From Gemmatimonadota bacterium (GTDB taxonomy: Bacteria > Gemmatimonadota > Gemmatimonadetes > Palauibacterales > Palauibacteraceae), in the NCBI GenBank assembly GCA_963666735.1, contig OY762926.1, forward strand, positions 3,808,001-3,872,000: a stretch of 64,000 nucleotides of DNA, given 5' to 3'. The notes beneath the pieces were generated by a model. The model ran no database searches. It was not told where the DNA came from and worked only from the letters and a program-made list of their open reading frames with translations. The stretch's first letter is position 1. The number at the start of each line of letters is the position of its first letter. The position numbers and the translations under genes were made by a program. Below are positions 39,816-50,285 of this stretch, one piece after another.

Positions 39816-41927
39816 ATGCATATCGACTATTCGACGCTCAGCGCGTTCGCCGATGGCGATCTCGACCCGGCGATGTCGGAGGCCGTCAGCGCACACCTTC
39901 GCATGTGCGCGAAGTGCCGCGGAGAGGTCCAGTTCATCCGGTCGCTCGGCGATGGGCTCAGAGCCCTGCAGACGCCGTTGGCGCCTCGCAACGCCATCGA
40001 CGGCATCTGGCCCGAGGAACGAGAGGCCACGCGGATCCTCGGGCTGCCGCTGAAGCAACGCCAGCCCGTGCGGCGAGGGCCGTTGCTCGCGCTCGCAGCC
40101 GGTGTGGTGGGGCTGATGGCGGCGGCCCTCGTCCTCACCTTCGGCGCGGGTCGGGCCATGGCGGGGCCCAGTTCGCTGACGATGGAACGGGTCGACAGCG
40201 GAGTCATGACGCTGCGCTACGAGACCACCTCCCCGCTGGCGGCGGAAAGCCGCGTCCGCGCGCGGATCCGGTACTGGGTTCCCGACTCGCTCGGATTCTC
40301 GCAGAACGAAGGCGGTTTCAGCGAGATCGAACTTGGGCGGGAAGCTCCCGGACGTTTTGGCGGGGTCGTCGACCTGCCGCCCGGCACCGTCTACGCGGCC
40401 GCCACGGTCGAGGACCTCGAAGGGAGCCACGTCGACACCGATTTCGGCCGGTTCTGGGAGTATCTCGAGACCGACGCCGCCGGGCGCCCAACCCTGGAAT
40501 CGCGGCGCTACCAGATCCTGGCCGCCCTTGAGTTCAATGCTCCCCGCGCCGCAGTGCTGGCGCGGCGGGCCTCCGGGAAATTCCCGGAGCAGCCCCTGTT
40601 CTGGTTCTGGCGCCTCTCCTTCGACCTCGCCGCCCTGCCGCCGGCGTCGATCGACACCCTGCTACCGACCCACGCAGCGCGTCTCGATCTCTTGGCTCGT
40701 GCCGCCGAGGAACGGGATCCGGGACCGGTGGAGATCGACGCGCTCGTCCGCTACGCGAGACTTCTCGACCGCGCGGACCTTGCCGATTATTGGCAGAGCG
40801 TCCTGAGCACGCGCCATCCCCGCCACGGCGCGGCCGCCATGATCCGCATTCAGGACATCGTTCTTTCCCGGATTTCGACCGAAGAGAAGCTGGTTGCGCT
40901 CGAAGACGACTGGGAGAGCATCGGGGGCGAAGCCACGGCGCAACTCGGGTTGCGATACTCCCACGAGTTGGCGGACCCGGTGCTCACCGAGCGATGGCTG
41001 GACCGGTACGAGACCGGTTCCTGGGGACGCAGTCCGAGCGCCGATGCGGCAGTCGCGCGAAACTTGATGGACGTCCCCGCGCTCTGGGCCCTGGCCGAAC
41101 GCTGGATCCTCGACCGCCTCTCGGACAGCCGTGACTGGGTTGGCCCGGCACGTCGACTCGATGAGTCGCGTTACAACTTCGAGACGCAGACTCGGCGTAA
41201 CCGCGCGCGCCTCTACCTCGACCTTGCCCGTATACGCCTTGGTAACGGCGACTTGGCGGGCGGGATCGACGCATTGGAGCGATCAGTCGAGGAGACATGG
41301 GATCCACGGGTCTTCGCGCGCGCCGCCGAGATCCATCGCTCGCTGGGTTCCGAGGCTCGCGCCATCGAATTGAATTCACTGGCGCAAGCGGATCCGGTGG
41401 CGCCCCTCGAGCCGTATCTCTCGGTCGGCGGCGATGCCGGACCGCCCGGACTCACCGGTATCCAACGCGCTGCGGCGCAGGCGGCCATGCGGGAACGGGT
41501 CCTGGCGGGGCTGCTGGACGAGTACACCAGCCTGGACGTGCCACTTAGAACCGAGACCGGCGCCGGAACAACCCTCGAACGGGCGGTGCGTGCGGCTCGG
41601 GCAGCTCGTGGCGTCACGCTCGTCCTCCACACCATCCAGCCGGACCTCGTCCCCGATGAGGCGCTTGCACTTCTCAGGTTGAACTCCGACCGACTGGATT
41701 CGGCCGGAGTCGGGACGGTATTGGTGAGCGAACAGCCGGACCCATCGCCGAGCGACAACCCGGGGACGGAATTCCGCTTCCACTACGACCCGGATCACAG
41801 GGTGTGGACTGAACTCCGGGCTTGGCGCGAATTGCAGTACTTCGTCCTGGATGGCGACGGCAGGCTCCGCCACCGTGGAGAAGATCTGGAGACCGCACTC
41901 CGTATTTCACTCGTGCTCGCGATGTAA
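39816..41927 (+). CDS. Zinc-finger (HxxxCxxC) anti-sigma factor with large extracytoplasmic domain
   Basis: 'LSAFADGDL...HLRMCAKC'; one TM; helical/TPR-like body; tail resembling a redoxin C-terminus ('YFVLDGDGRLRHRG'). Confidence 0.75.
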   Translation: MHIDYSTLSAFADGDLDPAMSEAVSAHLRMCAKCRGEVQFIRSLGDGLRALQTPLAPRNAIDGIWPEEREATRILGLPLKQRQPVRRGPLLALAAGVVGLMAAALVLTFGAGRAMAGPSSLTMERVDSGVMTLRYETTSPLAAESRVRARIRYWVPDSLGFSQNEGGFSEIELGREAPGRFGGVVDLPPGTVYAAATVEDLEGSHVDTDFGRFWEYLETDAAGRPTLESRRYQILAALEFNAPRAAVLARRASGKFPEQPLFWFWRLSFDLAALPPASIDTLLPTHAARLDLLARAAEERDPGPVEIDALVRYARLLDRADLADYWQSVLSTRHPRHGAAAMIRIQDIVLSRISTEEKLVALEDDWESIGGEATAQLGLRYSHELADPVLTERWLDRYETGSWGRSPSADAAVARNLMDVPALWALAERWILDRLSDSRDWVGPARRLDESRYNFETQTRRNRARLYLDLARIRLGNGDLAGGIDALERSVEETWDPRVFARAAEIHRSLGSEARAIELNSLAQADPVAPLEPYLSVGGDAGPPGLTGIQRAAAQAAMRERVLAGLLDEYTSLDVPLRTETGAGTTLERAVRAARAARGVTLVLHTIQPDLVPDEALALLRLNSDRLDSAGVGTVLVSEQPDPSPSDNPGTEFRFHYDPDHRVWTELRAWRELQYFVLDGDGRLRHRGEDLETALRISLVLAM

Positions 41928-42319
41928 CGCGTCACATCTTCGACTACGAGGGCGTTCTCATCGCTCGCGCCGCGGTGCCCGACCCCTTCCGCCCCTCGTC
42001 TGAGCGGGGGAACTCCCGGGGCGACAAGGCGGTGATGTCGGTGGGCTCCGAGACCCGGTACGGGTTCACGGATGTGGCGGCGACGCGTCGCTATGTGTAC
42101 GGCCTGTTCTCCGGCGGGACGGTTTTGGAGGAGGGGACGCCATGGGCCACGAACGAGGTGCAGGTCTACACGTGGGACGGCAAGCTCGCGAAGACCCTGT
42201 ACCTCGACAGAACCGTGCATGCCGTCACCGTGGATGACTCCGATGCGTGGGCTGTACGCGAGCGGAGCGGAACCCCGCCCGTGGGTCGGGCATTTCCGGC
42301 TACCGGAGCCCGGGCCTGA
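41928..42319 (+). pseudogene. C-terminal fragment of a beta-propeller lipoprotein
   Basis: 'DVAATRRYVYGLFSG...VQVYTWDGK...AVTVDD'; starts abruptly after the anti-sigma stop, with no start codon or signal peptide. Confidence 0.5.
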
Positions 42320-42700
42320 CCATGCGATGTAAGGTTTCGCAGGCCTGCGGCATCCATGTATCAGGAGCACCCTTTTTTGTGCGAATTCCGCACCGAACGA
42401 CAAACCCGAAGGAGAGAGACATGCGACGTAACCACCGCCGCGGCGTCATCCGTCTCGGTTAGGCGCGCGCGAACAACGGCTCCCCGCGGAGCCACGCAAA
42501 GCACACGGCGGGCCTGCTCCGATCACCCAGGGGCGGGCCCGCCGTGCGATGGGGCGTGCCGCCGCCGGCCGGGAGCGAATGCCTCCTCGAGGACGTCATC
42601 GTCAAGGGTAGCCAGCGGCGACGAACGGCTCTCTCTTATCGACGGCCTTTCTCGAATCATCTTCTCCCATATCACGTTGTCAGTGCGCCGTTTAGCGAGC

Positions 42701-43745
42701 TGTTACCGGCCATGCAAAGTTGCACAGATATGGCCGCTGAAAGGTGCACATTTCCGAGGCCGGGCGAGAGGGCCGGTAGGGGGTTGGGCCCGGATTCGGG
42801 GAGTGTTTTCGGGTCGGCCCGGTATTCTTGCGTCTCCATTCAACGGAGGAGGCGCGGTGATCGGGAGAGAGAAGCGGGTGCTCTTGCGACATTATCTCGA
42901 GCAGGGGATGCCGAAGGCGGCGATCGCCCGGCACTTGAAGATCAGCAGACGGACCTTGTACAACTGGATCGAAGCGGGGGAGCTGGACCGAGGCGCGGAC
43001 AGCAAGGCGGTGAGGTACGGACCGAGGCCGCAGCGGGCGTCGAAGCCTGACCCCCATAAGGGGATCATCGACGCGCGCCTGGCCGACTATCCGAAGCTGA
43101 GCGCCGCGCGGCTGTTCAACGAGGTGCGGGCGGCGGGCTATCCGGGTGGCTACGGGCAGGTGAAGCGTTACGTCCGCACGGTGCGGCCACGGGAGCCTGT
43201 GGAGCCGGTCCGGAGATTCGAGACCCCTCCGGGCCACCAGGGCCAGGTGGACTTCGCGGACTTCCGGCTGCCGTGGGGCAAGCGGCATGCCCTGATCGTG
43301 GTGCTGGGCTACTCGCGGTGGATGTGGCTCAGGTTCTGCGAGCGCCAGACGATGCCGGTTGTGATGCGGGGGCTGGAGAAGTCGTTCGCCTACTTCGGCG
43401 GCGTGCCGTCGGAGCTGCTGTTCGACCAGATGAAGGCCGTCATCACCGACGACAAGCGGAACGAGGGCGGACGGCTGACCGAGAACCCGGAGTTCCTGCG
43501 CTTCAGCCGCCACTGGCGCTTCCGGATCCGTGCGTGCCGTCCCTACCGAGCCCAGACGAAGGGGAAGGTGGAGCGGCCGGTCAGCTACATCCGACGCAGC
43601 TTCTTCTACGGACGGGACTTCGTGTCGGACGACGCCCTGAACGCCCGGGTGCTGGGGTGGCTCGACAAGGTGGCCAACGTCCGCGTCCACGGCACGCTGA
43701 AGGAGCGGCCCGTGGACCGGTTCGAGGCGGAGAGGCCGCACCTAA
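42701..43745 (+). mobile_element. IS21-family element, left part only
   Basis: Starts TG; two repeats GGCC...AAAG(T/G)TGCACA in 42707-42750; istA follows; no istB or right end in the window. Confidence 0.8.
42857..43745 (+). pseudogene. istA: IS21 transposase IstA, truncated by IS1380
   Basis: HTH, 'RFETPPGHQGQVDF', 'LGYSR', 'LFDQMK', 'AQTKGKVER', 'RVHGT'; family similarity ends at 'ERPHL'. Confidence 0.88.
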
Positions 43746-44035
43746 TCCGGATTTCTCAGTGCGCCGTGGAAAGGCGCGCTTTCCTGGTGGGTGCGAATCC
43801 CACCCAGCATTTGTCGCTCCGGCTGGTAGCGGCCAGGGCGGTCCATGAAGGTAACGACATGGATTGAAGCACTCTGGAGAGAAGGGCCGCCATGGGCGGC
43901 TCAGCGACCATGCAGGCCGGAACGCGAGTGAACGCCGAGCAGGCCTCGAGACGGGTGTCGCGGAAGCCGACCCTCCTGAGTTAAGGGGAAGGCCGCCGGC
44001 TGGCCGGGAAGAGAGCGACGAGGGCACCGGCTGGG

Positions 44036-45256
44036 CGGGAGGACTTCCTGCTGGCGGCGTGGGGGATGGTCCGGCGCAACGGCGGAGCGGCCGGAGTGGA
44101 TGGCGAGACGGTCGCGGATGTCGAGGCGCGCGGAGTGGAGCGCTGGGTCGGGGAACTGTCGCGGGACCTGAGGGAGGGCACCTACAAGCCGAGTCCGGTG
44201 CGACGGGTGCTCATTCCGAAGAAGCAGCCGGGGAAGTTCCGTCCCCTGGGCATCCCATGCCTGCGGGACCGGGTTGCGCAGACGTCGGCGATGCTGGTGC
44301 TGATGCCGATCTTCGAGGCGGACCTGGAGCCGGAGCAGTACGGATACCGGCCGGGACGAAGCGCCAAGGACGCGGTCAGGCGGATCCACCGCCTGCTGCA
44401 CACGGGCCGCAACGAAGTGGTCGATGCGGACCTCTCGAACTACTTCGGCGAGATACCGCACGCCGAGTTGATGAAGAGCATCGCGCGGCGCGTGAGCGAC
44501 GGACGGATGCTCGGACTCGTCAAGGCGTGGCTGGAGATGCCGGTGGTCGAGGAGGACGGGAAGGGCGGCACACGCCGCACGAACCGGGCGCGGAAGGAAC
44601 GAAAGGGGACGCCGCAAGGCGCTCCGATCTCGCCGCTGTTGAGCAACATCTACATGCGGCGGTTCATCCTTGGCTGGAAGGCGCTGGGCCATGCCCGGCG
44701 CTTCGGTGCGGAGATCGTGAACTACGCGGACGACTTCTGTGTGCTCGGAAAGGCACCGGCGGCGGAGATGCTGGCGGCGGTCAACCGGCTCATGGAACGA
44801 CTGAAGCTGCCGGTCAACGCACGGAAGACCCGATGCCTCCGATGCCCCGAGGAGCCGATCGAGTTCCTTGGATACCGCATCGGCTGGAACTATCGCCCGA
44901 CGGACGGAAGCCGGTACATCGGCACTCGGCCAAGCAAGGCGAGCGTTCAGAGCATCTGCCGCGGGATCAGCGAGCAAACGGGCCGGCGCTTCGCGGGCCG
45001 GTCCGCCGAGGAGGTCGTGGAGCGCCTCAACCGGATGATGTCCGGCTGGGCAAACTACTTCACCCTCGGGCAGGTCGGCGTGGCCTACAAGGCCGTGGAC
45101 CGGCACGCGACCCGGAGGCTGCGACAGTGGTTCGGGCGGAAGCACAAGGTGCGGTCGGGAAGATACGTGCGCTTCTCCGACGAACGGCTGTGGCACCGCT
45201 ACGGCCTGACACGCCTCGAGCCGACGACCGGAGACCTTCCGTGGGCGAAGGCATGA
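44036..45256 (+). pseudogene. ltrA: Group II intron reverse transcriptase/maturase, N-terminally truncated
   Basis: 'GAAGVDG', 'RPLGIP...DR', 'GTPQGAPISPLLSNIY', 'YADD', 'FLGY', X domain 'GWANYF'; no HNH; begins mid-RT0 ('REDFLLAAW') with an in-frame TAA at 43982. Confidence 0.85.
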
Positions 45257-45266
45257 TCCCGGCTGA

Positions 45267-45299
<33 letters not shown>

Positions 45300-45491
45300 G
45301 ACGAGCAGGGGAGTGGAAACGGACCTACGGGAGCCGGACTGAGCACCGGAGCGAAAGCGACGGACAACGCACCGGACCCTACGGGCACCGCGCCACCCCC
45401 TGACTCTACCAGGATGAAGTAGGCACCGGCCTCCAGTAGTCGCTAAATTGTTCTTGCCCAAGAACATGACGGCTACACAAAAGGAGGACCG

Positions 45492-46862
45492 GTGCCGACA
45501 CAGCGTAAGCCCATCTCGTTCGCCTTTCAAGGCTGTCGGGGCCGCAAGGTCACGGCCGCATTCAACGGCGGCGCGATCACCTCCCACGCCGGGGCGCTGC
45601 TGCTCAGGGAGAGCGGGCGGGCGATCGGCCTGTTCGACCGCGTCGCCGCCTGCTTCACCGACCACCGCGATCCGCGGCTCACGGAGCACTCCGTCTCCAC
45701 GCTGGTGGCCCAACGCATCGTGTCCCTCGCCCTCGGCTACGAGGATCTGAACGACCACGACCAGTTGCGACACGATCCCGTGCCGGGCCTTCTCGGCGAC
45801 AAGACCGGGGCCACCCGGAAGGACTGCGCCGCCCTGGTCGGCAAGAGCACGCTCAACCGGCTCGAACACGCGCCCCGAGGTGGAGAGCCGGGCCGGTACC
45901 ACAGGATCAGCCACGACCCGCGGGCGATGCAGGCCCTCCTCACCGAGTTGTTCATCGAGTCACGGACCGGCCCGCCCCCCGCACGCCTGGTCCTCGACAT
46001 CGACTGCACCGACGACGAGACGCACGGAAGGCAACAGGGCCGCTTCTTCCACGGCTACTACGGCCACTACTGCTTCCCGCCGCTGTACGTCTTCTGCGGA
46101 CACCACCCGCTCGCCGCCGTCCTCCGGCCCGGCAACACCGATCCGGCCCGCGGCACCGTCGAGGAACTCGACCGCATCGTCACCCAACTCAGAGACCGCT
46201 GGCCCAACGTCGAACTGCTCATCCGGGCCGACTCCGCATACGCCCGCGAGGAGATCATGGCCTTCTGCGAGGCGCGGAACATCCACTACGTCCTCGGCCT
46301 CGCCAGGAACGACCGCCTCGCCGGAAGGGTCGGCCCCGAACTCCTCGCCGCCAAAGTCGAGTCCGAGGGCCGCCGCCCGGTGCGCTTCTACTCCGAGTTC
46401 GCACACGCCACCCGAACCAGCTGGTCGCGCCGCCGCCGCGTCGTCGCCAAGTGCGAGCACATCCCCGGAGAGTCCAACCCCCGCTTCGTCGTCACCTCGC
46501 TCCCGGATACGATCGCTCCCCGGACCGTCTACGAGCGCATCTACCGCCCCGGGGGCAACGCCGAGAACGCCATCAAGGAGCAGCAGCTCGACCTGTTCGC
46601 CGGGCGCACCTCCGCCACCCCCATCGCCGCCAACCAGCTCAGGCTCCTCTTCTCGGCCCTCGCCTCGGTCCCCATGATCCGCCTCCGAGCCGCCCTCGCA
46701 CACACGCGCCTCGCTCGAGCCACCGCCCACTCCCTGCGACTGAAGCTCCTCAGGATCGGAGCCCGCGTCTCCGTCTCCATGCGACGCATCGCCGTCGCCA
46801 TGGACGCCCACCACCCCTTCACCGCCGAGTTCGCCCGCGTCCACGCCAGCTTCCCCACGTAG
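45492..46862 (+). CDS. IS1380-family DDE transposase
   Basis: 'FNGGAITSHAG', 'GYEDLNDHDQLRHDP', 'KSTLNRLE', 'FFHGYY', 'RADS', 'ENAIKEQQLDLF'. Confidence 0.92.
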   Translation: MPTQRKPISFAFQGCRGRKVTAAFNGGAITSHAGALLLRESGRAIGLFDRVAACFTDHRDPRLTEHSVSTLVAQRIVSLALGYEDLNDHDQLRHDPVPGLLGDKTGATRKDCAALVGKSTLNRLEHAPRGGEPGRYHRISHDPRAMQALLTELFIESRTGPPPARLVLDIDCTDDETHGRQQGRFFHGYYGHYCFPPLYVFCGHHPLAAVLRPGNTDPARGTVEELDRIVTQLRDRWPNVELLIRADSAYAREEIMAFCEARNIHYVLGLARNDRLAGRVGPELLAAKVESEGRRPVRFYSEFAHATRTSWSRRRRVVAKCEHIPGESNPRFVVTSLPDTIAPRTVYERIYRPGGNAENAIKEQQLDLFAGRTSATPIAANQLRLLFSALASVPMIRLRAALAHTRLARATAHSLRLKLLRIGARVSVSMRRIAVAMDAHHPFTAEFARVHASFPT

Positions 46863-47192
46863 CGCCCGCTGCGGCACGCAACTCCGCCCCAGAGCCCGCA
46901 CAGCCGCCCCCGGCCCGGGCACCGGTGTCTCCAGGCACCGAGCATCCGACTCCGGATCACTCCTCACCGGCCCGAAACAGCTCCCTCCGACGCTCTCGGA
47001 ACTATCCTCGAACCCCAAATGGAGACATTACCCGGCCAACCATGGACGAACGGGCTTCCGCCGTTCACTTCCGGGGGGCGTGTGAGAAATCCGGGCTAGA
47101 CGGGGAACAGTCCACTGGGGCCGAACGTGCCGTAGATGCATGAGGGTCGAACAGGACGAGGGGCCATCAGCTGGCTCGGGGCGGAATCCCCG

Positions 47193-48953
47193 TTACGACC
47201 CCGCTGGCGGATCGAACACAATCCCTAGCAGGGTCCCGGAGGCTTCGCCATCGGTTAGCCTGCACCGAATGTGCTCATCAAAGGCGAATCCTTCGTGGAA
47301 CTCATCGTAAGGGACCATGTCCGAGTTCAGAGCACAGATGTATTGGGTACCGGTACGCGCGGCAACCTCGCTAGCCCGCTCAAGTGCGGCTGCCCGTTGT
47401 CGCGAGTCGACGCCATCGTACATTTCGCTGTCGTGGACCAAGAAGTCGATGGACAGGTCGCGACGGGCGCAGAATTCGAGAATCGCCAGGTCAAAACAGA
47501 ATATCTTCATCTTGCCAATCCCGTCGCTCCCGCTCTTGCTGATCTCGATATTGAACTTGAATCCAGAGTCGGTGGTGTCGATCACCAAGTGGCCGGGAGC
47601 TCTGTACAGCGCCTGAGAGTTGAGATTGAATAGCCGGACGGGGATATCCCAGGTGTCGCGGCGCTCCTCGTGATCGCGGGCAGCTAGATCCGTAAGGTCG
47701 GCCTTGTCGCGTGCGATCCGACGCTCATCGGATTCCATCTGGCGCCGACGCTTTATCTGCCTCTTCACATGTTCCAGCTCTTCGCACCTTGCGCCATGGC
47801 GCTCACGCAGCCTGACCATTTCGTTCAGCGCTCCGTGTTCGGTTAGTATCTGCAAGAGGTCGGCGCGCTTCTCCGTCAACTCCCTGATCTTGGTGCGCGT
47901 ATCCGTCATGGCGCGTTCGAGGCGGGAGATCTCATTCTCCAAGAAGCGTCGACGATCCTTCACGACTAGGCCGTAGAATTCCCTTGCCTCTGCGAGCGAT
48001 CTCCGTACGGCGTTAGAGAAAACCACTCCCATTTCCTTGTACACCTGCTCGACTGACTCCCCCGAAGGAGGTTCTTCCGACTCGATGGCCTGCCTGTAGA
48101 GCCTGAGGCGTCGGGCCGTAAGGATGTTCGCGTTCGTGGCCACGTGCAGTTCCTCGGTGAGCCGATTGGCCTCTTGCTGGATCGAGTCGTATTGGGGATG
48201 AACTTTGAAGTCGGCCAGGGCTCGGGAGCTCTCTTCGATCTCTTGCAACAGGGTCACGCGTTCGGCTTCAAGCTCTCCGATGCTGCCACCGACAAAAGGC
48301 ACGGCACCACGGTTCACGAGCTTGTGGAGGTCCTTCAGATCTGTGTCCCTGTCCTTGATCTGTTGCCACTGCGCTGCATGGTTCCACTCCAGCCCGAGCA
48401 GCAACGCCACATGTAGCTGCACATCCCATGTCCTCTGGTTTCGGAAGTGGGAGAAGGGGTCGCCGAACGCGTGGTGGCCCCGGCGGACGAAGTAGGAAAT
48501 GAGGCTTCGGAACGACGGATTGTATTTCGGAGCCTCGGGTGTCGGCAGCGAGAACAAGGCGTTTCCGAGAAACACCCGCCACTGCTTCTGCGTGAATGAG
48601 CGCTCGCCCATGAAATCGACGTCCGGGAGGTCTGGCCATTCTCCTGCCAGTCCAGCAACCGTCACGATGTTGGGTGTTTCGAGCGCCCTGGTGACGGTGA
48701 TCCGGTTGTCGCCGAGTGACATCTCCATGGTGAACGCCCATTCTGCAAGCGCCGGGATTGCCAGCCCGCGGCCGCTCCGAACCATAGCGCCCAGGCAGAA
48801 GTGGATGATTTCTATCAGGGTGGACTTGCCCAGTCCGTTGCGCGTGTCCTTTCTGGACGAGCCCTCGGCGCGCTCGGCCAAGACCACATTCAGGCCGGGC
48901 GTGAGCCTGACTGGTCGGAACGAGGCCTTGTTGGCGGTGATCTCGTGGATCAT
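47193..48953 (-). CDS. lmuB: Lamassu / ABC-three-component SMC-like ATPase (DUF2326 type)
   Basis: Walker A 'RNGLGKSTL'; long central coiled coil; signature 'SGSDG...KIFCFDL'; Walker B/D-loop 'FLVHDS...DGVD'. Confidence 0.85.
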   Translation of the reverse strand: MIHEITANKASFRPVRLTPGLNVVLAERAEGSSRKDTRNGLGKSTLIEIIHFCLGAMVRSGRGLAIPALAEWAFTMEMSLGDNRITVTRALETPNIVTVAGLAGEWPDLPDVDFMGERSFTQKQWRVFLGNALFSLPTPEAPKYNPSFRSLISYFVRRGHHAFGDPFSHFRNQRTWDVQLHVALLLGLEWNHAAQWQQIKDRDTDLKDLHKLVNRGAVPFVGGSIGELEAERVTLLQEIEESSRALADFKVHPQYDSIQQEANRLTEELHVATNANILTARRLRLYRQAIESEEPPSGESVEQVYKEMGVVFSNAVRRSLAEAREFYGLVVKDRRRFLENEISRLERAMTDTRTKIRELTEKRADLLQILTEHGALNEMVRLRERHGARCEELEHVKRQIKRRRQMESDERRIARDKADLTDLAARDHEERRDTWDIPVRLFNLNSQALYRAPGHLVIDTTDSGFKFNIEISKSGSDGIGKMKIFCFDLAILEFCARRDLSIDFLVHDSEMYDGVDSRQRAAALERASEVAARTGTQYICALNSDMVPYDEFHEGFAFDEHIRCRLTDGEASGTLLGIVFDPPAGS

Positions 48954-49177
48954 CGTGTGCCCCTTACGACGAGCCCGCCTTCGAACCGCACTGCCCGCAG
49001 CGAGTAGAGCATTGTGAGGGCGAGGACGAACCGCTCGAATGTCCCTACCGCCTTGGCCTCACGTACGGCTTCCCACAGGCCCGTGACGGTGCGCGCCTGT
49101 GAAAGCTCGGAGAATATCACGGCCCCGGCTCCGAGCAGGGTTTGCTCTGCGGGTATGTGCTTGGTCGGGTGGATCAT
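48950..49177 (-). CDS. lmuC: Lamassu / ABC-3C small middle component
   Basis: 75 aa 'MIHPTKHI...TLLGAGA...TVTGLW...FERFVLALTMLY'; 4-nt overlaps on both sides. Confidence 0.8.
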   Translation of the reverse strand: MIHPTKHIPAEQTLLGAGAVIFSELSQARTVTGLWEAVREAKAVGTFERFVLALTMLYSLRAVRFEGGLVVRGTR

Positions 49178-49947
49178 TGCTCGAAGACCTCGCAGGTCTC
49201 GAACAGATAGACCAACACGGTCTCAGCGGCGTACTGGGTCTTGAAGTCGAGGAATCCGCGCCTAGCGAACATGCACATCGAATTGAAGAGATCTTCGCCG
49301 GAAGACGTGCCGTCCTTGCGGAGCTTGTAGTAATGTTCTAGGAAGCCAGAGATTAGACGGTCTGGAAACGCGGAATCGTCTTGGCTCAAGGCCTGAACGA
49401 ACGAGCGTACTTGGCGAGTCGCCGTGAGACGGGTACTGATAAGGTTCTGGGAGGAAACCGACAGACCGTGCTTCCGAATCTTGTCCTCAATGGGTATTCG
49501 AGAGAAATCCTGACCCGGCGGGGGAGGCGGGACCTCGGTGACCCATTGCGTGGCTTCTTCAAGTTCGCGGAAGCTCACGGAGGCCATCGCCTCTTCCATG
49601 GCTGTCGCAACTGCGCTTTCGTGGTCCGCCTTGATCGCAAGAAGTCGTTGCACGGAGTACTCCCGCTCTCCGTGTGGATGCGCGTCGATCTCAGCATGAC
49701 AGTTCCGGCAGACGTACAGAAGGTTGGTTAGCGAGTTCTGTTGCTCTCTCGTCAGCGTCGGATCAAACCGAGCCGACGGGCGGCCCCGCGCCCCTCCCCC
49801 GTGTTGTCCGGCGATGTGTGCGGCTTCACCCACCAGGACGACATCGTCGCCCCGAAGCTTCGAGAGCAGCCGGTGGCATGAGGGCATTGCGCATCGGTTG
49901 CCGCTGAGTAGAGCCAAACGAATCCGCGTGGCGTTGGAGACGCTCAT
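49174..49947 (-). CDS. lmuA: Lamassu / ABC-3C effector: HNH endonuclease plus C-terminal adaptor domain
   Basis: 'SGNRCAMPSC...EAAHI...NLLYVCRNCH..ID' HNH/Zn motif; C-terminal 'VLVYLFETCEVFE' as in ABC-3C CTDs. Confidence 0.8.
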   Translation of the reverse strand: MSVSNATRIRLALLSGNRCAMPSCHRLLSKLRGDDVVLVGEAAHIAGQHGGGARGRPSARFDPTLTREQQNSLTNLLYVCRNCHAEIDAHPHGEREYSVQRLLAIKADHESAVATAMEEAMASVSFRELEEATQWVTEVPPPPPGQDFSRIPIEDKIRKHGLSVSSQNLISTRLTATRQVRSFVQALSQDDSAFPDRLISGFLEHYYKLRKDGTSSGEDLFNSMCMFARRGFLDFKTQYAAETVLVYLFETCEVFEQ

Positions 49948-50285
49948 CGGGCGTAGCATCGTTGCCGAAGACGCTCGGATTCTTGGATCCAGTCCAGGGC
50001 GATGGCGAGTTGGCTGGGACTCCGGCCGGGTCGGGAGCGGCCAGCCCCTTTTGCCCCATCCCCGCTGGGCGACAAGTCTCGGAAAGTGATGGATTTCGGC
50101 ATGGACGGGATCTAGTTGGGGGACGGGGTCGCTCATATCGTCCCCGCTCATCGCTGACTACCCTCCGGTTGGGTCATGGGTCGGGTGTAATCGTCCCTTC
50201 CGACACCCCGCCGGGTCTCGGTTGGGGCGAGCGGAAGATCTTCATCTTGGCAACATACACGCATCGTCCCCCGCGTTCCACAAGC

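Noticed and set aside
37994..41938. 10-bp inverted repeat GATGTGACGC / GCGTCACATC bracketing the ECF segment
   Set aside because: Short, no TSD or recombinase, and the right copy is explained by coding sequence (HIFDYEG); likely chance, although both lie at breakpoints.
42680..42691. 12-nt match TCAGTGCGCCGT to the intron 5' junction
   Set aside because: Similarity stops immediately and no intron structure follows.
42356..42856. N-terminal extension of istA in the ORF track
   Set aside because: It crosses the IS21 left end at 42701; a GGAGGAGG RBS supports the GTG start at 42857.
44066..45256. RT as a retron, DGR or defence RT linked to the Lamassu operon
   Set aside because: Canonical YADD maturase with GTGCG start, domain V and domain VI; no template/variable repeat pair or msr-msd seen.
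50245..50285. dif/Xer-like site next to the integrase-type IS
   Set aside because: Only TATGTT matches a XerD arm; there is no credible XerC arm.
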